A stretch of DNA of 64,000 bases from an uncultured Mollicutes bacterium (GCA_937875785.1 CALEGV010000048.1:10593-74592); one strand, 5' to 3'; shown: positions 29,464 to 40,067, numbered from the stretch's first letter. Made by a program: numbers and translations. Notes: generated by a model not told the origin, from the letters alone.

Positions 29464-32400
29464 TTGAAAAAATATAAATATTTACAAATAGGAATTGCCT
29501 CACCTGAGGAAATCATTTCATGGGCAAATCCTGAATTACAAGGACGTGAATTTACATATAATCCTCAACGAAAAGATCGAGTAACTTATGTAAATGAATC
29601 TGGTGAAACTGTTGAATATACGTTAAAGGGAGAAGTAAAAAAATCGGAAACTATTAACTATCGTACGTTTAAACCAGAAAGAGATGGACTATTTTGTGAA
29701 GTAATTTTTGGACCTCAAAAAGATTACCAATGTGCATGTGGAAAATCACGTAAAAATATTGGTGAAAATAAAATCTGTGAAAAATGTGGTGTGGAACTTA
29801 CAGAAAGTAAAGTCCGTCGTGAAAGAATGGGATATATTGCTCTTGCGGCACCAGTTGTACATATTTGGTATTTGCGAAATACGCCAAGTAAAATTGCAAT
29901 TTTACTTGATATGAAGGCTAAAGAGGTATTGGAAATTGCTGCCTTAACATCATATATTGTGACTGATGTAATTGGGGATAGTCTTGAAGATATTTTTCCA
30001 GGTCGTGTAATTACTGAACAAGAACATAGTCGATATAGTAGAATGTATCCAGGAAGATATAGTGTAAAAACAGGTGCTGAAGCAATTAAATATTTACTTC
30101 AAAATCTTGATTTAGCTGAAACAGTGAATGAAATTCGTGCTGAATTAAAGGTGGCTACAAAACAAAGAAGAGAAAAATTAATTAAACGTTTAGAAATTGC
30201 TGAAGCATTCTATCATTCTAATAATAAACCCGAATGGATGGTAATGGACGTAATTCCTGTAATTCCACCAGATTTAAGGCCAATGGTTCAACTTGATGGT
30301 GGACGTTTTGCAACAACTGATTTAAATGATTTATATCGTCGCATTATTTCACGTAATAATCGTTTAAGAAAACAAATTGAAACATTCTCAGTTGAGATTA
30401 TCATTAAAAATGAAAAACGTATGTTACAAGAAGCAGTGGATTCTTTGATTGATAATTCAAAGAGAAAGAATAAAGCTGCTCTTGATAAAAATCGTCCATT
30501 AAAATCATTATCGGATATTTTACGTGGTAAACAAGGCCGTTTCCGTCAAAATTTATTGGGGAAGCGTGTAGATTATTCAGGACGTTCAGTTATTGTTATT
30601 GGACCAGATTTAAAGATGTATCAAGCTGGTATTCCACGTGAAATGGCATTGATTTTATTTAAACCATTTATTATCAATTATCTTCGTCAGAAAGAACAAA
30701 CTGAGGATGCATTGAATTTAAGTGATGGTGGTCTTTTAACTCCTATTTCAAAGGATAAAGCAGGAATTAAACGGGCTAAAGAGTTAATTGAACGTGGTGC
30801 TCCTGAAGCAATGGAAGCATTAGAAAAAGTTGTCGTTGAACACCCAATATTATTGAATCGTGCTCCAACCTTACATAGACTTTCAATTCAAGCTTTTGAG
30901 CCTAAACTTGTGGAAGGAAAGGCTATTCGATTGCATCCACTTGTTACAACTGCTTTTAATGCTGACTTTGATGGTGACCAAATGCCAGTTCATGTACCAT
31001 TATCAGAAGAAGCGCAAACAGAAGCAAGGCTATTAATGCTCGCATCAAAAAATATTTTAGCTCCAAAAGATGGAAAGCCAATTGTTACACCATCGCAAGA
31101 TATGATTTTAGGAAACTATTATTTATCAATTGAAAGGTCACAAATTGACCGTGAATATCATACATTTGAGGATGTATATCATGCCTATTTGACTTGCGAA
31201 ATTGAATTTAACAATAAAATCATTGTCAATGGGGAAATGACTTATCGTGATATTCAAACATTAAGACATGATGTAGAAAATGGTGTTGCACCAAGTGTTG
31301 GACATTTCTTTGTACCAGGTCGTGAAGGGAAAGCATTTACTAGTGAGGAAGAAGTGATTCATGCTTATGAAAAAGGTGACATTGATTTCCATACACGTTT
31401 TGTTATTCCAGGAAAGGCTATCAAGAAACCATTTGTTCATTTAAATCCTGAAAGCCCTGATTATGAAGAAAAGATGGAAATCAATAATAAACTAAAAGAT
31501 AAGTATTTAATTACAACTTATGGGAAAATGATTCTTAATCAAATCTTTCCAGAGAACTTTACTTATGTAAATGAGCCAACAAGAAAAAATTTAACAGAAG
31601 GAACTTCATATAATTCTTTTATTGACCGAGGAGAAAATTATCGTGAGATAATTAAAAATACCCCACTTGTTGAGCCGTTTAAGAAAAAGATGTTGAGTAT
31701 GATTATCAGTGAAGTATTCGCTCAATCGAAACTTGCGGAAACATCAAAAACACTTGATAAAATGAAAGATTTAGGCTTTAAGTATTCAACATATGCGGGA
31801 ATTACTGTTTCAGCATTTGACGTTGTCATTGCTGATGAAAAAGATGAAATTATTTCAAGAGCAGAAGAAACAGTAAAAATGTATAATAAACTATACCATC
31901 GTGGTACAATGCTTCGTGCTGAAAAAACGCGTATGGTTATAGATGTTTGGAACAAGGCTAAAGATGAAATTGAAAAAGCAATTAAACAAAAAATGAAAAT
32001 TGATGCAACTAAGAATCATATTTTCATGATGGCCGATTCAGGTGCACGTGGTAGTTCAAGTAACTTCACACAACTTGCTGGTATGCGTGGATTAATGGCT
32101 AAACCAAATGGTGAATCAATGGAAATTCCAGTAAAGGCTTGTTTTATCGAAGGTATGTCAATGTCTGAATTCTTTATCTCAACGCATGGTGCACGTAAAG
32201 GATCTACGGATACCGCTTTAAAAACTGCAGAATCAGGCTACTTAACAAGACGGTTGGTTGACGTATCTCAAGATATAACGGTTACAAAATATGATTGCGG
32301 AACAGATAAAGGAATGGTTGTTACGACACTTTATTATAAAGATCCTGATAAAACGCCAAATGGTTATGCCGAAGAGAATATTTGTGTAACTTTAAAAGAC

Positions 32401-33489
32401 CGGATTATTGGCCGTTTTGCCGCAAAACCCGTTATTGCACGTGTAGATGGTAAGAAAACAGTTTTAGTTGATAAAGGAGAATTCATTACTGAGGCAATTG
32501 CTCAAAAAATTGAAAATGCTAAGGTTACAGAAGTAACAGTTAGAACGTTACTTACTTGCGACTCTAAAGTTGGTGTTTGTGTAAAATGTTATGGATCTGA
32601 TTTATCAACAACAGGTATTGTTGAACGTGGTGAAGTAGTTGGTATTGTTGCCGCTCAATCCATTGGGGAACCAGGTACACAATTAACCATGCGTACATTC
32701 CACAGTGGTGGTGTTGCTGGAGGCGATGATATTACCCAAGGTCTTCCACGTATACAAGAATTATTTGAAGCTCGTGAGCCAAAAGGAAAAGGAATCATCT
32801 CTGAAATTAAAGGTGTTGTTACAAAAGTAGACACGAGGTTAGACAATCGTACAGAAATTATAGTTGAAAGTCCAATTATGAACAATAGTAAAAGCTATTT
32901 GACAGATGCTGGAAAAAAACCAATTGTTAAGGAAGGTCAAGAAATTGAAGCGGGTGATTTACTTTCTGAAGGACTCATTCATCCAAAAGAATTGCTAAGA
33001 GTTGCTTCTGTTGATAAAGTTGAAAAGTATATTTTAAAAGAAGTACAAAAAGTATATCGTACGCAAGGAGTTGCCATTTCTGATAAACACGTTGAAATTA
33101 TTATCAAACAAATGCTTCAAAAACTTGTTGTAATAGAAGAAGGAGATACAGAACTTTTACCAGGAACGTTTGTTTCAAAATCGGAAATATTTAAAGTTAT
33201 AAAAGAATGCTATGAAACAGGTCGTAGACTTCCTGTTGTAAAACCAGTTATTCTGGGTATTACTAGAGCATCTTTAAAATCCGATTCATTCTTATCTGCT
33301 GCATCCTTCCAAGAAACGACACGTGTTTTAACAGAAGCTGCTATTCGTGGTAAAATTGATACTTTAGATGGATTGAAGGAAAACATCATAATTGGCGGAT
33401 TAATTCCTGCTGGAACCGGACTTGTAAGTGAGGATGATGTTGAAATTCAAGAAGACTATAGTGCTCCAATTTATGATATAAAGAAATAA
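29464..33489 (+). CDS. rpoC: DNA-directed RNA polymerase beta' subunit
   Basis: NADFDGDQM catalytic motif, a Zn finger (CACGK...CEKCG), trigger loop and bridge helix. About 1341 aa, with lineage-specific insertions. Confidence 0.95.
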   Translation: MKKYKYLQIGIASPEEIISWANPELQGREFTYNPQRKDRVTYVNESGETVEYTLKGEVKKSETINYRTFKPERDGLFCEVIFGPQKDYQCACGKSRKNIGENKICEKCGVELTESKVRRERMGYIALAAPVVHIWYLRNTPSKIAILLDMKAKEVLEIAALTSYIVTDVIGDSLEDIFPGRVITEQEHSRYSRMYPGRYSVKTGAEAIKYLLQNLDLAETVNEIRAELKVATKQRREKLIKRLEIAEAFYHSNNKPEWMVMDVIPVIPPDLRPMVQLDGGRFATTDLNDLYRRIISRNNRLRKQIETFSVEIIIKNEKRMLQEAVDSLIDNSKRKNKAALDKNRPLKSLSDILRGKQGRFRQNLLGKRVDYSGRSVIVIGPDLKMYQAGIPREMALILFKPFIINYLRQKEQTEDALNLSDGGLLTPISKDKAGIKRAKELIERGAPEAMEALEKVVVEHPILLNRAPTLHRLSIQAFEPKLVEGKAIRLHPLVTTAFNADFDGDQMPVHVPLSEEAQTEARLLMLASKNILAPKDGKPIVTPSQDMILGNYYLSIERSQIDREYHTFEDVYHAYLTCEIEFNNKIIVNGEMTYRDIQTLRHDVENGVAPSVGHFFVPGREGKAFTSEEEVIHAYEKGDIDFHTRFVIPGKAIKKPFVHLNPESPDYEEKMEINNKLKDKYLITTYGKMILNQIFPENFTYVNEPTRKNLTEGTSYNSFIDRGENYREIIKNTPLVEPFKKKMLSMIISEVFAQSKLAETSKTLDKMKDLGFKYSTYAGITVSAFDVVIADEKDEIISRAEETVKMYNKLYHRGTMLRAEKTRMVIDVWNKAKDEIEKAIKQKMKIDATKNHIFMMADSGARGSSSNFTQLAGMRGLMAKPNGESMEIPVKACFIEGMSMSEFFISTHGARKGSTDTALKTAESGYLTRRLVDVSQDITVTKYDCGTDKGMVVTTLYYKDPDKTPNGYAEENICVTLKDRIIGRFAAKPVIARVDGKKTVLVDKGEFITEAIAQKIENAKVTEVTVRTLLTCDSKVGVCVKCYGSDLSTTGIVERGEVVGIVAAQSIGEPGTQLTMRTFHSGGVAGGDDITQGLPRIQELFEAREPKGKGIISEIKGVVTKVDTRLDNRTEIIVESPIMNNSKSYLTDAGKKPIVKEGQEIEAGDLLSEGLIHPKELLRVASVDKVEKYILKEVQKVYRTQGVAISDKHVEIIIKQMLQKLVVIEEGDTELLPGTFVSKSEIFKVIKECYETGRRLPVVKPVILGITRASLKSDSFLSAASFQETTRVLTEAAIRGKIDTLDGLKENIIIGGLIPAGTGLVSEDDVEIQEDYSAPIYDIKK

Positions 33490-33656
33490 CAATAAAAATG
33501 ATGTTCATTTGAACATCATTTTTTATTTATCGTTTTGTAAAAGTGGGAAAGTAAAAAGGCTACAAAATGAAGATTTACCATATTTATTTGACTTAAGTAT
33601 TGTAAAAACAGGGAAAATGTGGTATAATATAAAAAAAGTAGATAAGGAGGCATTTT

Positions 33657-35975
33657 ATGGTAGTGAAAGTTGTTATCAATGTTTCAAGTAGCAATGTTGA
33701 CCAAGAATATACCTATTTGCTTCCTAAAGAACTAGAGAGTACTACAAAGATTGGATCAAGGGTCATTGTCCATTTTGGTCAATCCAACCGCCTTGTAATG
33801 GGATATATTTTAGATATTTGTGAAGAGACAGATTATGATGGAACGTTAAAAGAAATCGAGGAGGTTTTGGATTATGAACCGCTGATTTCTAATGCACAAA
33901 TTGAACTTGCAAAGCAGATAAGAGATGATGCGATTTGCCCACTGGTAAGAATTTTAAATCTTATGCTTCCCAATGCTTTGGTTATAAAAACTTCCAAGTA
34001 TCTTACATTAGTGAATTATCAGGCAATTGATGAGAAGTTGATATACTTATTTTCAAAAAGTGCTACCATTTTATATACGAAATCATTATGGCCGTTAGAT
34101 AGTAAAATTGCAAAGGAAGTAAAAAACAAAAACATCATAGTTTCTTATGAAGCAAAGCCGACAACAAAAGTAAAAATGGTAAGTAAATATTTGATTCATC
34201 CTATCATTACTTCTAAAGATATAAACGATTTAAAAAGTGAAAGACAGATTGAATTTTTACATAGAATCCAAAATGAAGTGGCAATGACTGCTTTAGAATT
34301 ATCAAAAAAATACGGTGCGAGTGAAAGTATAATTCAAGGTTTATACAAAAAGGGGTTTTTGGACAAAGTTGAGGAACCAGTTTCAAGAATTATAGTCCGA
34401 GATATTCCTATAAATAAAAGAATTCGTGAGACAAAAAATCAGAATATTTCTAAAATATTAAAAAGTTTAGAGACAACTGAAAAACCGATACTTTACATTC
34501 CTAGAGATGAGTCTGAGCAATTTGAATCTATCTACCAAATGATAAATATGTATCAAAAGAAAAATCAAACTATAGTAATAGTTGTTCCAGAAATATTGTC
34601 AAGTTATCGTGTAAGTAATTTGATAAGAAAAAAAACTGGCTTAAGTATTGGGGTAATTAATCCTAGTTTATCTTCTGGAGAATTATTGGATGAATTTTAT
34701 GCAATAAAAGAAAATCAGTATACAGTTTTTGTGACAACTCCAAATGGTGCTCTTTTTCCTTATCAAAATGTAGGCGTATTTATCCTTTTAAATGTGGAAA
34801 GTGATAATTATTATAACGATCAAAGTCCGAGATATAATTTAAAAAAAGTAATGATTGAATATGGAAAATGCATTGATGCAAGAGCCGTTTTGATTTCATT
34901 TATTCCTAGTATTATGGACTACACGTATGGATTACAAAATCACTATGAGATTATTGAAAATACCAACGAAGAAAATATAAATATTGAAGTTGTGGATTTA
35001 AAGAAAGAATTAAGAAGTGGAAATAACAATCCAATTTCTCATTCGCTACATACCGCTATTTTAAAAGATGCTCAAGAAAAAAAAATAACAATGATGATAG
35101 TCAATAATAAGGTTTATAGTACTTATGTGCAATGTAGAAATTGTGGAAATACTATAGTTTGTCCAAGGTGCAAAATATCTCTTCAGTACAATAAAAAAAA
35201 CAATGTATTGATTTGTCCAAGTTGTTCATATCGTATATCTTTTAATAATGAATGTGAAATATGCCATGGAAGCGAATTCAAGATGGGGGGAGTTGGAATG
35301 GAACAAGTTCAAGAAATATTGAATAGGGAATATCCTAGTTTAAAGATAAAGATATTCAAAGAATCCTCGTATAATAAATATTATCAAACGATGTCAGAAA
35401 TTGAGGAAGGGGAACTCAATATTATCATTACATCAAGCGTTCTTTCAAATAATATTGATACGGATACTTTGGGAACAATTGCTATTTTAAATCTTGATTC
35501 TGTTTCCAAAACTGCTATGTATGATGCAAATGAAAGAGCCTATTCCATGTTGGTACAAGCAAAAATGAGAATCAGTCATCTGGAAAGAAGTAAAATGATT
35601 ATTCAAACATATAACCCTGAAGATGATTTTTTAAAGGACTTCTTGACAACAGACTATCATGGCTTTTTAAAAAATGAATTGTCAATGAGAAAAATATTGA
35701 AAAATGAACCATTTTATTATATTAATAGAATTATCGTCAAAGGAAAATACGAAACTATATTTAAAGAGGCAAATTCTATAAAAAAAAGTCTCCAAGACAT
35801 GTTAGGTAATCAAGTCTTTGTGATTGGTCCGACTTATAATTATCAATATCAGGGAGTTCAAATTATTATCAAACATCGTTTGAATGATATTGGCAAATTT
35901 TATAAGAAAATATATGAGATATATCAAACAACGTCAACCACAATTCTTGTTGATCGTTATCCAAAATATATATAG
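33657..35975 (+). CDS. priA: Primosomal protein N' (PriA) homolog lacking recognisable Walker A/B and motif VI
   Basis: PriA-like N-terminal 3'-binding domain (EYTYLLPKEL...GSRVIVHFGQSNRLVMGYIL) and a Cys4 zinc-binding insert (CRNCGN..CPRCK..CPSCSY..CEICHG). Followed by fmt as in Bacillus. No GxxGxGK(T/S) is present; the DEEH position reads NVESDN. Confidence 0.7.
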   Translation: MVVKVVINVSSSNVDQEYTYLLPKELESTTKIGSRVIVHFGQSNRLVMGYILDICEETDYDGTLKEIEEVLDYEPLISNAQIELAKQIRDDAICPLVRILNLMLPNALVIKTSKYLTLVNYQAIDEKLIYLFSKSATILYTKSLWPLDSKIAKEVKNKNIIVSYEAKPTTKVKMVSKYLIHPIITSKDINDLKSERQIEFLHRIQNEVAMTALELSKKYGASESIIQGLYKKGFLDKVEEPVSRIIVRDIPINKRIRETKNQNISKILKSLETTEKPILYIPRDESEQFESIYQMINMYQKKNQTIVIVVPEILSSYRVSNLIRKKTGLSIGVINPSLSSGELLDEFYAIKENQYTVFVTTPNGALFPYQNVGVFILLNVESDNYYNDQSPRYNLKKVMIEYGKCIDARAVLISFIPSIMDYTYGLQNHYEIIENTNEENINIEVVDLKKELRSGNNNPISHSLHTAILKDAQEKKITMMIVNNKVYSTYVQCRNCGNTIVCPRCKISLQYNKKNNVLICPSCSYRISFNNECEICHGSEFKMGGVGMEQVQEILNREYPSLKIKIFKESSYNKYYQTMSEIEEGELNIIITSSVLSNNIDTDTLGTIAILNLDSVSKTAMYDANERAYSMLVQAKMRISHLERSKMIIQTYNPEDDFLKDFLTTDYHGFLKNELSMRKILKNEPFYYINRIIVKGKYETIFKEANSIKKSLQDMLGNQVFVIGPTYNYQYQGVQIIIKHRLNDIGKFYKKIYEIYQTTSTTILVDRYPKYI

Positions 35976-35985
35976 AGGTGTAAAA

Positions 35986-36900
35986 ATGTTAAAAATAGTT
36001 TTTATGGGAACACCAGCATTTAGTGTTCCAATCTTGGAAGCTTTAATTGAAAAGTATGAAGTTATCGGTGTAGTTACTCAACCAGATAAATTGGTTGGAA
36101 GAAAGAAAGAGTTAGTTGCTTCACCAGTTAAGATATGTGCTTTAGAGCATCATATAAAAGTTTTCCAACCAGAAAAAATTCGCAAAGAGTATGAAAATAT
36201 AGTATCTTTAGAACCTGATTTAATTGTTACAGCAGCTTATGGACAATTGGTGGGGATGAAACTCTTAAATTGTCCAAAATATCGTTCAATTAATGTGCAT
36301 GCTTCTTTGCTTCCTCTATATAGAGGTGGTGCTCCTATTCATCAAGCAATTAAAGACGGCCAAAAGGAAACAGGTGTAACCATTATGTATATGGAAAAAG
36401 AAATGGATGCTGGAGATATTCTTGCTCAAAGGAGTATTCCTATTTTAGATGAAGACAATTGTGGAACAATGTTTGAAAAATTATCTTATTTGGGAAGGGA
36501 TTTACTACTTGAAACCATTGAAAAATTAGTAAGTGGAAGGATTACTCCCATTAAGCAAGATTCAACTAAGGCAACTTTCGCTTATAATGTTACCAAAGAA
36601 GAAGAAAAATTAGATTTTAACCAAGATGCAAGAGCTGTGTTTAATCATATAAGAGCATATAATCCTAGTCCTATTGCATATATGGAATTAAAAGATGTTG
36701 TTCTAAAAATATATGAGGCAAGGGTAGTTGACGAGGAAAGTCCATTTGAACCAGGAAAGATTTATCTTGGAACAAGGTCAAGAGTTTTGGTTTCATGCAA
36801 AAATCATTCCACGATTGAATTATTGACTGTTCAGCCAAGTGGTAAAAAAATAATGAGTGCTCGCGATTTTGCTAATGGCGCACTAAGAAAATATTTATAA
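35986..36900 (+). CDS. fmt: Methionyl-tRNA formyltransferase
   Basis: MLKIVFMGTPAFSVPILEAL N-terminus, a formyltransferase core and a C-terminal domain. Confidence 0.9.
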   Translation: MLKIVFMGTPAFSVPILEALIEKYEVIGVVTQPDKLVGRKKELVASPVKICALEHHIKVFQPEKIRKEYENIVSLEPDLIVTAAYGQLVGMKLLNCPKYRSINVHASLLPLYRGGAPIHQAIKDGQKETGVTIMYMEKEMDAGDILAQRSIPILDEDNCGTMFEKLSYLGRDLLLETIEKLVSGRITPIKQDSTKATFAYNVTKEEEKLDFNQDARAVFNHIRAYNPSPIAYMELKDVVLKIYEARVVDEESPFEPGKIYLGTRSRVLVSCKNHSTIELLTVQPSGKKIMSARDFANGALRKYL

Positions 36901-36912
36901 GAGGTAAGGGGT

Positions 36913-37455
36913 ATGAATGAGAATAAAGTATATTATTCAAGAGAGGAAATGCAGAAAATTAATACAGAAAAATTATTAGAAAGAGGGGTAAAAATCAAAG
37001 ATATTGCTATTATTGCGTATAACCAACAATATAGATATAATAAAGAGATTAGAATGGAAGATTGCATTGAAAGTGTTGAAAAAATTCTATCACTTAGAGA
37101 TATTTTTCATCTATTACAACTAGGTGCAGAAATCGACCGGCTAACGGAAGAAAAGGCCTTTCGTGGTCCAATCCAAGCGATTCTTGAAAATGATTTAGGT
37201 GTGTTTGGGGTTGATGAAATCTTTGGGCTGGATATAGCAAGATTATATGGAGCGATTGGACAAACTAATTTTGGTGATATTGATGTCAATAAACCAGGTA
37301 TTGTTGCGAAATTAAATGAAGAAGGAAAGTCGGGATCACCAAAATGTCATACATTTTTGGATGATATTGTAGGTGCAATTGCGGCTGCTGCTTCAACAAG
37401 AGTTGCACAAATTTGGTCTGAAGATGAAGCTGCAAAAGAGAAAAAAGAAGCATAA
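36913..37455 (+). CDS. Hypothetical protein; weak PgpA/YutG-like C-terminal resemblance
   Basis: 180 aa, soluble-looking. VDEIFGLDIARLYGAIG and FLDDIVGAIAAAA segments faintly recall the PgpA family. No firm assignment. Confidence 0.3.
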   Translation: MNENKVYYSREEMQKINTEKLLERGVKIKDIAIIAYNQQYRYNKEIRMEDCIESVEKILSLRDIFHLLQLGAEIDRLTEEKAFRGPIQAILENDLGVFGVDEIFGLDIARLYGAIGQTNFGDIDVNKPGIVAKLNEEGKSGSPKCHTFLDDIVGAIAAAASTRVAQIWSEDEAAKEKKEA

Positions 37456-37459
37456 ATAT

Positions 37460-38650
37460 ATGAATTCCATTTTAGAAATCTTTAAAATTGGATATGGTCC
37501 TTCTAGTTCCCACACAATGGGTCCTGCGAAGGCAAGTGAATTATTTAAGCAAAAAAACCCTAATGCAACGTCGTATAGTTGTACTTTATATGGGTCTTTG
37601 GCATTAACAGGAAAGGGACATTTAACAGATTATATAATAAGGAAGAGTTTTTATCCAAATAAAATTGATATTATATTTGATTATCATACAACCTTTGAAT
37701 ATCACCCGAATGCTATGAAATTTATTGCATATTCTAATGCTACAGTTATTGATGAATGGCTTGTCTTTAGTGTTGGTGGTGGAACAATAAGTGATTTAAA
37801 AAATAAGAATGTTGATGGTGGACCTATACTTTATCCTCATCATTCTATGAATGAAATTTTACAATTTTGTGAAATGAATCAATTGACATTAGTAGATTAT
37901 GTAAGAAAATATGAATCCATAGATTTAGAAATGAGATTAAATCAAATTTTGATACAAATGAAAAAAACGATCCAAAATGGAATTTATACAGACGGATTCC
38001 TTCCTGGGAGTCTAAATGTTAAGAGAAAAGCGGGTTTATTTTATAGACAATATATTTCTATGCCATCAAGAGAAAATTTAGTTTACGCATATTCACTTGC
38101 ATCAAGTGAAGAAAATGCATCAGGTGGAAGAGTTGTAACTGCACCAACTTGTGGCGCTTGTGCAGTTGTGCCAGCGGTTATTTTAAATTTTCAAGTCGAA
38201 AAACAGGTTTCCGATGAGAAACTGATTGAATCACTTATGATAGCAGGACTGATTGGAAACATTGTGAAAACAAATGCTTCCATCTCAGGAGCAGAGGTGG
38301 GATGTCAAGGTGAAGTTGGGGTTGCGTGTTCAATGGCATCAGCAGCTTTAGTTTTCCTAAATGGTGGAAATAATAATGATATTGAATATGCGGCAGAAAT
38401 CGCTTTGGAACATCATCTTGGAATGACTTGTGACCCAGTAGATGGTCTTGTTCAAATTCCTTGTATTGAACGAAATGCGGTTGCTTCTATGCAAGCATAT
38501 AATATTGCAAGTTATGTTTCGCTCGCAGGAAATAGTCATAATATTACTTTTGACAGTGTGATAAAAGTAATGGGTGAAACAGGTAAAGATTTACATGCTA
38601 AATATCGTGAGACATCAACTGGTGGTTTAGCTTTACATAAAAGAGGGTAA
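37460..38650 (+). CDS. sdaA: L-serine dehydratase, single-chain iron-sulfur type
   Basis: N-terminal FKIGYGPSSSHTMGP (beta-type motif). Alpha-type segments TAPTCGACAVVPAV and SGAEVGCQGEVGVACSMA. Confidence 0.8.
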   Translation: MNSILEIFKIGYGPSSSHTMGPAKASELFKQKNPNATSYSCTLYGSLALTGKGHLTDYIIRKSFYPNKIDIIFDYHTTFEYHPNAMKFIAYSNATVIDEWLVFSVGGGTISDLKNKNVDGGPILYPHHSMNEILQFCEMNQLTLVDYVRKYESIDLEMRLNQILIQMKKTIQNGIYTDGFLPGSLNVKRKAGLFYRQYISMPSRENLVYAYSLASSEENASGGRVVTAPTCGACAVVPAVILNFQVEKQVSDEKLIESLMIAGLIGNIVKTNASISGAEVGCQGEVGVACSMASAALVFLNGGNNNDIEYAAEIALEHHLGMTCDPVDGLVQIPCIERNAVASMQAYNIASYVSLAGNSHNITFDSVIKVMGETGKDLHAKYRETSTGGLALHKRG

Positions 38651-38651
38651 T

Positions 38652-40067
38652 ATGGAACAAAAAGAAGTGATAGTAGAAGAAATTCAAAAAGGTGCAAAAT
38701 TTAAAGTAGAATGTTTAAATTTAAGTTATGAAGGAAAAGGGGTTTGCAAAGTTAATGGATTGAGAGAGGGAGAAAAATTTGAAAATTTTCCCATATTTGT
38801 TGATAACTTTTTACCAAAGGAAAAGGGAATTATTGAAATTACAAAACTTTCTAAAACCTATGGGTATGCAAAAATTATAACTTTTTTTAAAGAAACAAAA
38901 TCAGAAGATCATATTCTGCCAGTTTGTCGAAACTATGGTATATGTGGGGGATGCAACTTAATGCATATGAGTTATCGTTTACAATTACAATTTAAACGAG
39001 AAATGGTTGAAGAAACACTAAGAAAAATAGGGAATATTGAAGACATTGAAGTGCTTCCAGTAATAGGAATGAAAGCACCAATTGCATATCGCAATAAAGT
39101 TCAAGTCCCTTTTAGAAAAAAAGGATTTAAAACCATCTGTGGTTTCTTCAAGCGAGATTCTCATGAGATTATTCCTTTGGAAACATGTTATATTCAACCT
39201 GACTTATCAACAGAGATAATTCATTTTGTAAGAAATATTTTAAATGAGTTTCAAATTATTGGCTATAGAGAACTAGATCATTCAGGATTAGTTCGCCATG
39301 TTTTAGTAAGAACCAATTTTAACTTATCAGAAGTGATGATTGTAATGGTATTAACCTCTAGTGATTTACCACATCAAGAAGAGATAATTCATAAGATAAC
39401 AAAAAGATATCAAATGGTTAAATCAATTGTTATCAATATCAATGATAAACCTGGAAATACAATTCTTGGAAAGAAGAATATCACTATTTATGGTAGCGAT
39501 ACAATCACAGATGAACTATGTGGTTTAAAGTTTCATATTGGCGCTCAGTCTTTTTATCAGGTGAACCCTATCCAAACTGAAGTTTTATATAATAAAGTGA
39601 TGGAACTTGCTTCATTAAAAGAAAATGATATTTTAATAGATGCATATTGTGGTATTGGAACAATCGGATTAATTGCTTCAAAAAAGGTAAAAGAGGTTTA
39701 TAGCGTTGAGATAGTACCAGAAGCAATTGAAAATGCCATTATGAATGCTAAATGCAATCAAATCAATAATATTCATTTTGTTTGCGAAAAGGCTGAATTG
39801 CAGATTGATAAATGGTTGAAAGATGGAATTGAAGCAAGTATAATTGTGGTTGATCCTCCAAGAAAAGGGTGTGATAAAACTCTTCTTGATACCATAAGCG
39901 AAAAAAATATTGAACGCATGGTATATGTTTCTTGTGAACCATCCACACTTGCAAGGGATTTAAAATATTTAAACGAAAAGGGCTATCATATTTCTAGGGT
40001 TCAGCCAGTTGATATGTTCCCTCAAACCTCAAATATTGAGACAATTGTGCTCCTAAGCAAGAAGTGA
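38652..40067 (+). CDS. rlmD: 23S rRNA (uracil-C5)-methyltransferase, RumA/RlmD family
   Basis: TRAM domain, a 4Fe-4S Cys cluster (CRNYGICGGCNLMH), a SAM fold (DAYCGIGTIGL) and VDPPRKG. Confidence 0.85.
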   Translation: MEQKEVIVEEIQKGAKFKVECLNLSYEGKGVCKVNGLREGEKFENFPIFVDNFLPKEKGIIEITKLSKTYGYAKIITFFKETKSEDHILPVCRNYGICGGCNLMHMSYRLQLQFKREMVEETLRKIGNIEDIEVLPVIGMKAPIAYRNKVQVPFRKKGFKTICGFFKRDSHEIIPLETCYIQPDLSTEIIHFVRNILNEFQIIGYRELDHSGLVRHVLVRTNFNLSEVMIVMVLTSSDLPHQEEIIHKITKRYQMVKSIVININDKPGNTILGKKNITIYGSDTITDELCGLKFHIGAQSFYQVNPIQTEVLYNKVMELASLKENDILIDAYCGIGTIGLIASKKVKEVYSVEIVPEAIENAIMNAKCNQINNIHFVCEKAELQIDKWLKDGIEASIIVVDPPRKGCDKTLLDTISEKNIERMVYVSCEPSTLARDLKYLNEKGYHISRVQPVDMFPQTSNIETIVLLSKK

